Shown here: positions 16,395-16,631 of the stretch, one piece after another | Numbering within the stretch: position 1 is the first letter of the stretch | How the letters are laid out: every line of letters begins with the position of its first letter | Assembly: GCA_041497675.1 (NCBI GenBank) | Contig: JBGQGY010000087.1 | Coordinates: 1-16,631, forward strand | Direction of reading: 5' to 3' | Source of the DNA: a bacterium | Lineage (GTDB): Bacteria > Sysuimicrobiota > Sysuimicrobiia > Sysuimicrobiales > Humicultoraceae | DNA: 16,631 nucleotides | Program-made: the position numbers and the translations under genes | The notes under the pieces: model-generated | The model's input: the letters and a program-made list of their open reading frames with translations, nothing else | Databases searched by the model: none | Told to the model about the DNA's origin: nothing

Positions 16395-16563
16395 ACAAGT
16401 GGTGGGCGGCTCGCTACCGCCGGTTGTCAGTTATCCTCGACTGTCGTCAATCGAAACATCTCGGGGTAGTTGTCCCAGGCGAATGCATGGCCCATAGTGC
16501 GCTCGTGATCCAGTTTGAATAGACCTGCACACCGCGAGATCACGTGAAGGAGGCGTACGCCCC

Positions 16564-16631
16564 ATGACAAGGTATCTCCGCGTGGCCGCGGTACTGGTGC
16601 TGGTCGCCGCCGTGGCGCTGCCGGCCAGCGC
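16564..16631 (+). CDS. Start of a secreted protein (signal peptide only; truncated by the window edge)
   Basis: Strong RBS AAGGAGG at 16547-16553. The translation MTRYLRVAAVLVLVAAVALPASA has a basic n-region, hydrophobic h-region and A-x-A cleavage motif. Confidence 0.75.
   Translation, partial: MTRYLRVAAVLVLVAAVALPAS

Noticed and set aside
16400..16563. Known riboswitch (c-di-GMP, c-di-AMP, glmS, T-box) or tRNA
   Set aside because: I could not find the consensus elements by eye. It is kept only as an unassigned leader.
1..16631. CRISPR array, IS/transposase, integrase, prophage, defence or toxin-antitoxin genes
   Set aside because: No spaced direct repeats, terminal inverted repeats or relevant protein motifs were seen. 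Almost all of the sequence is explained by transport, metabolic and housekeeping genes.

Overview
High-GC bacterial chromosomal window with dense coding. I see no mobile elements, CRISPR arrays, rRNA or tRNA. From left to right: (1) the 3' part of a Dpp/Opp-type ABC ATPase on the + strand. (2) A minus-strand operon encoding a family-5 solute-binding protein, two permeases and a cytoplasmic S9 peptidase. (3) Divergent from it across about 100 bp, a tightly coupled plus-strand operon that looks like a peptidoglycan (cell-wall sugar) recycling module: GNAT acetyltransferase, family-5 SBP, two permeases, AmiE-like beta-lactamase-fold serine hydrolase, BadF/MurK-like sugar kinase, MurQ and AnmK. 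(4) argS, apparently transcribed leaderless. (5) A promoter, a long possibly structured leader, and the start of a secreted protein cut by the window edge. The main point of interest is a candidate AmpG/MurP-independent muropeptide salvage system: Opp/Dpp-type import, cytoplasmic amidase, two kinases feeding MurQ, a coupled acetyltransferase and a divergent peptide import/peptidase arm. All family calls come from motif recognition by eye; no database searches were run.
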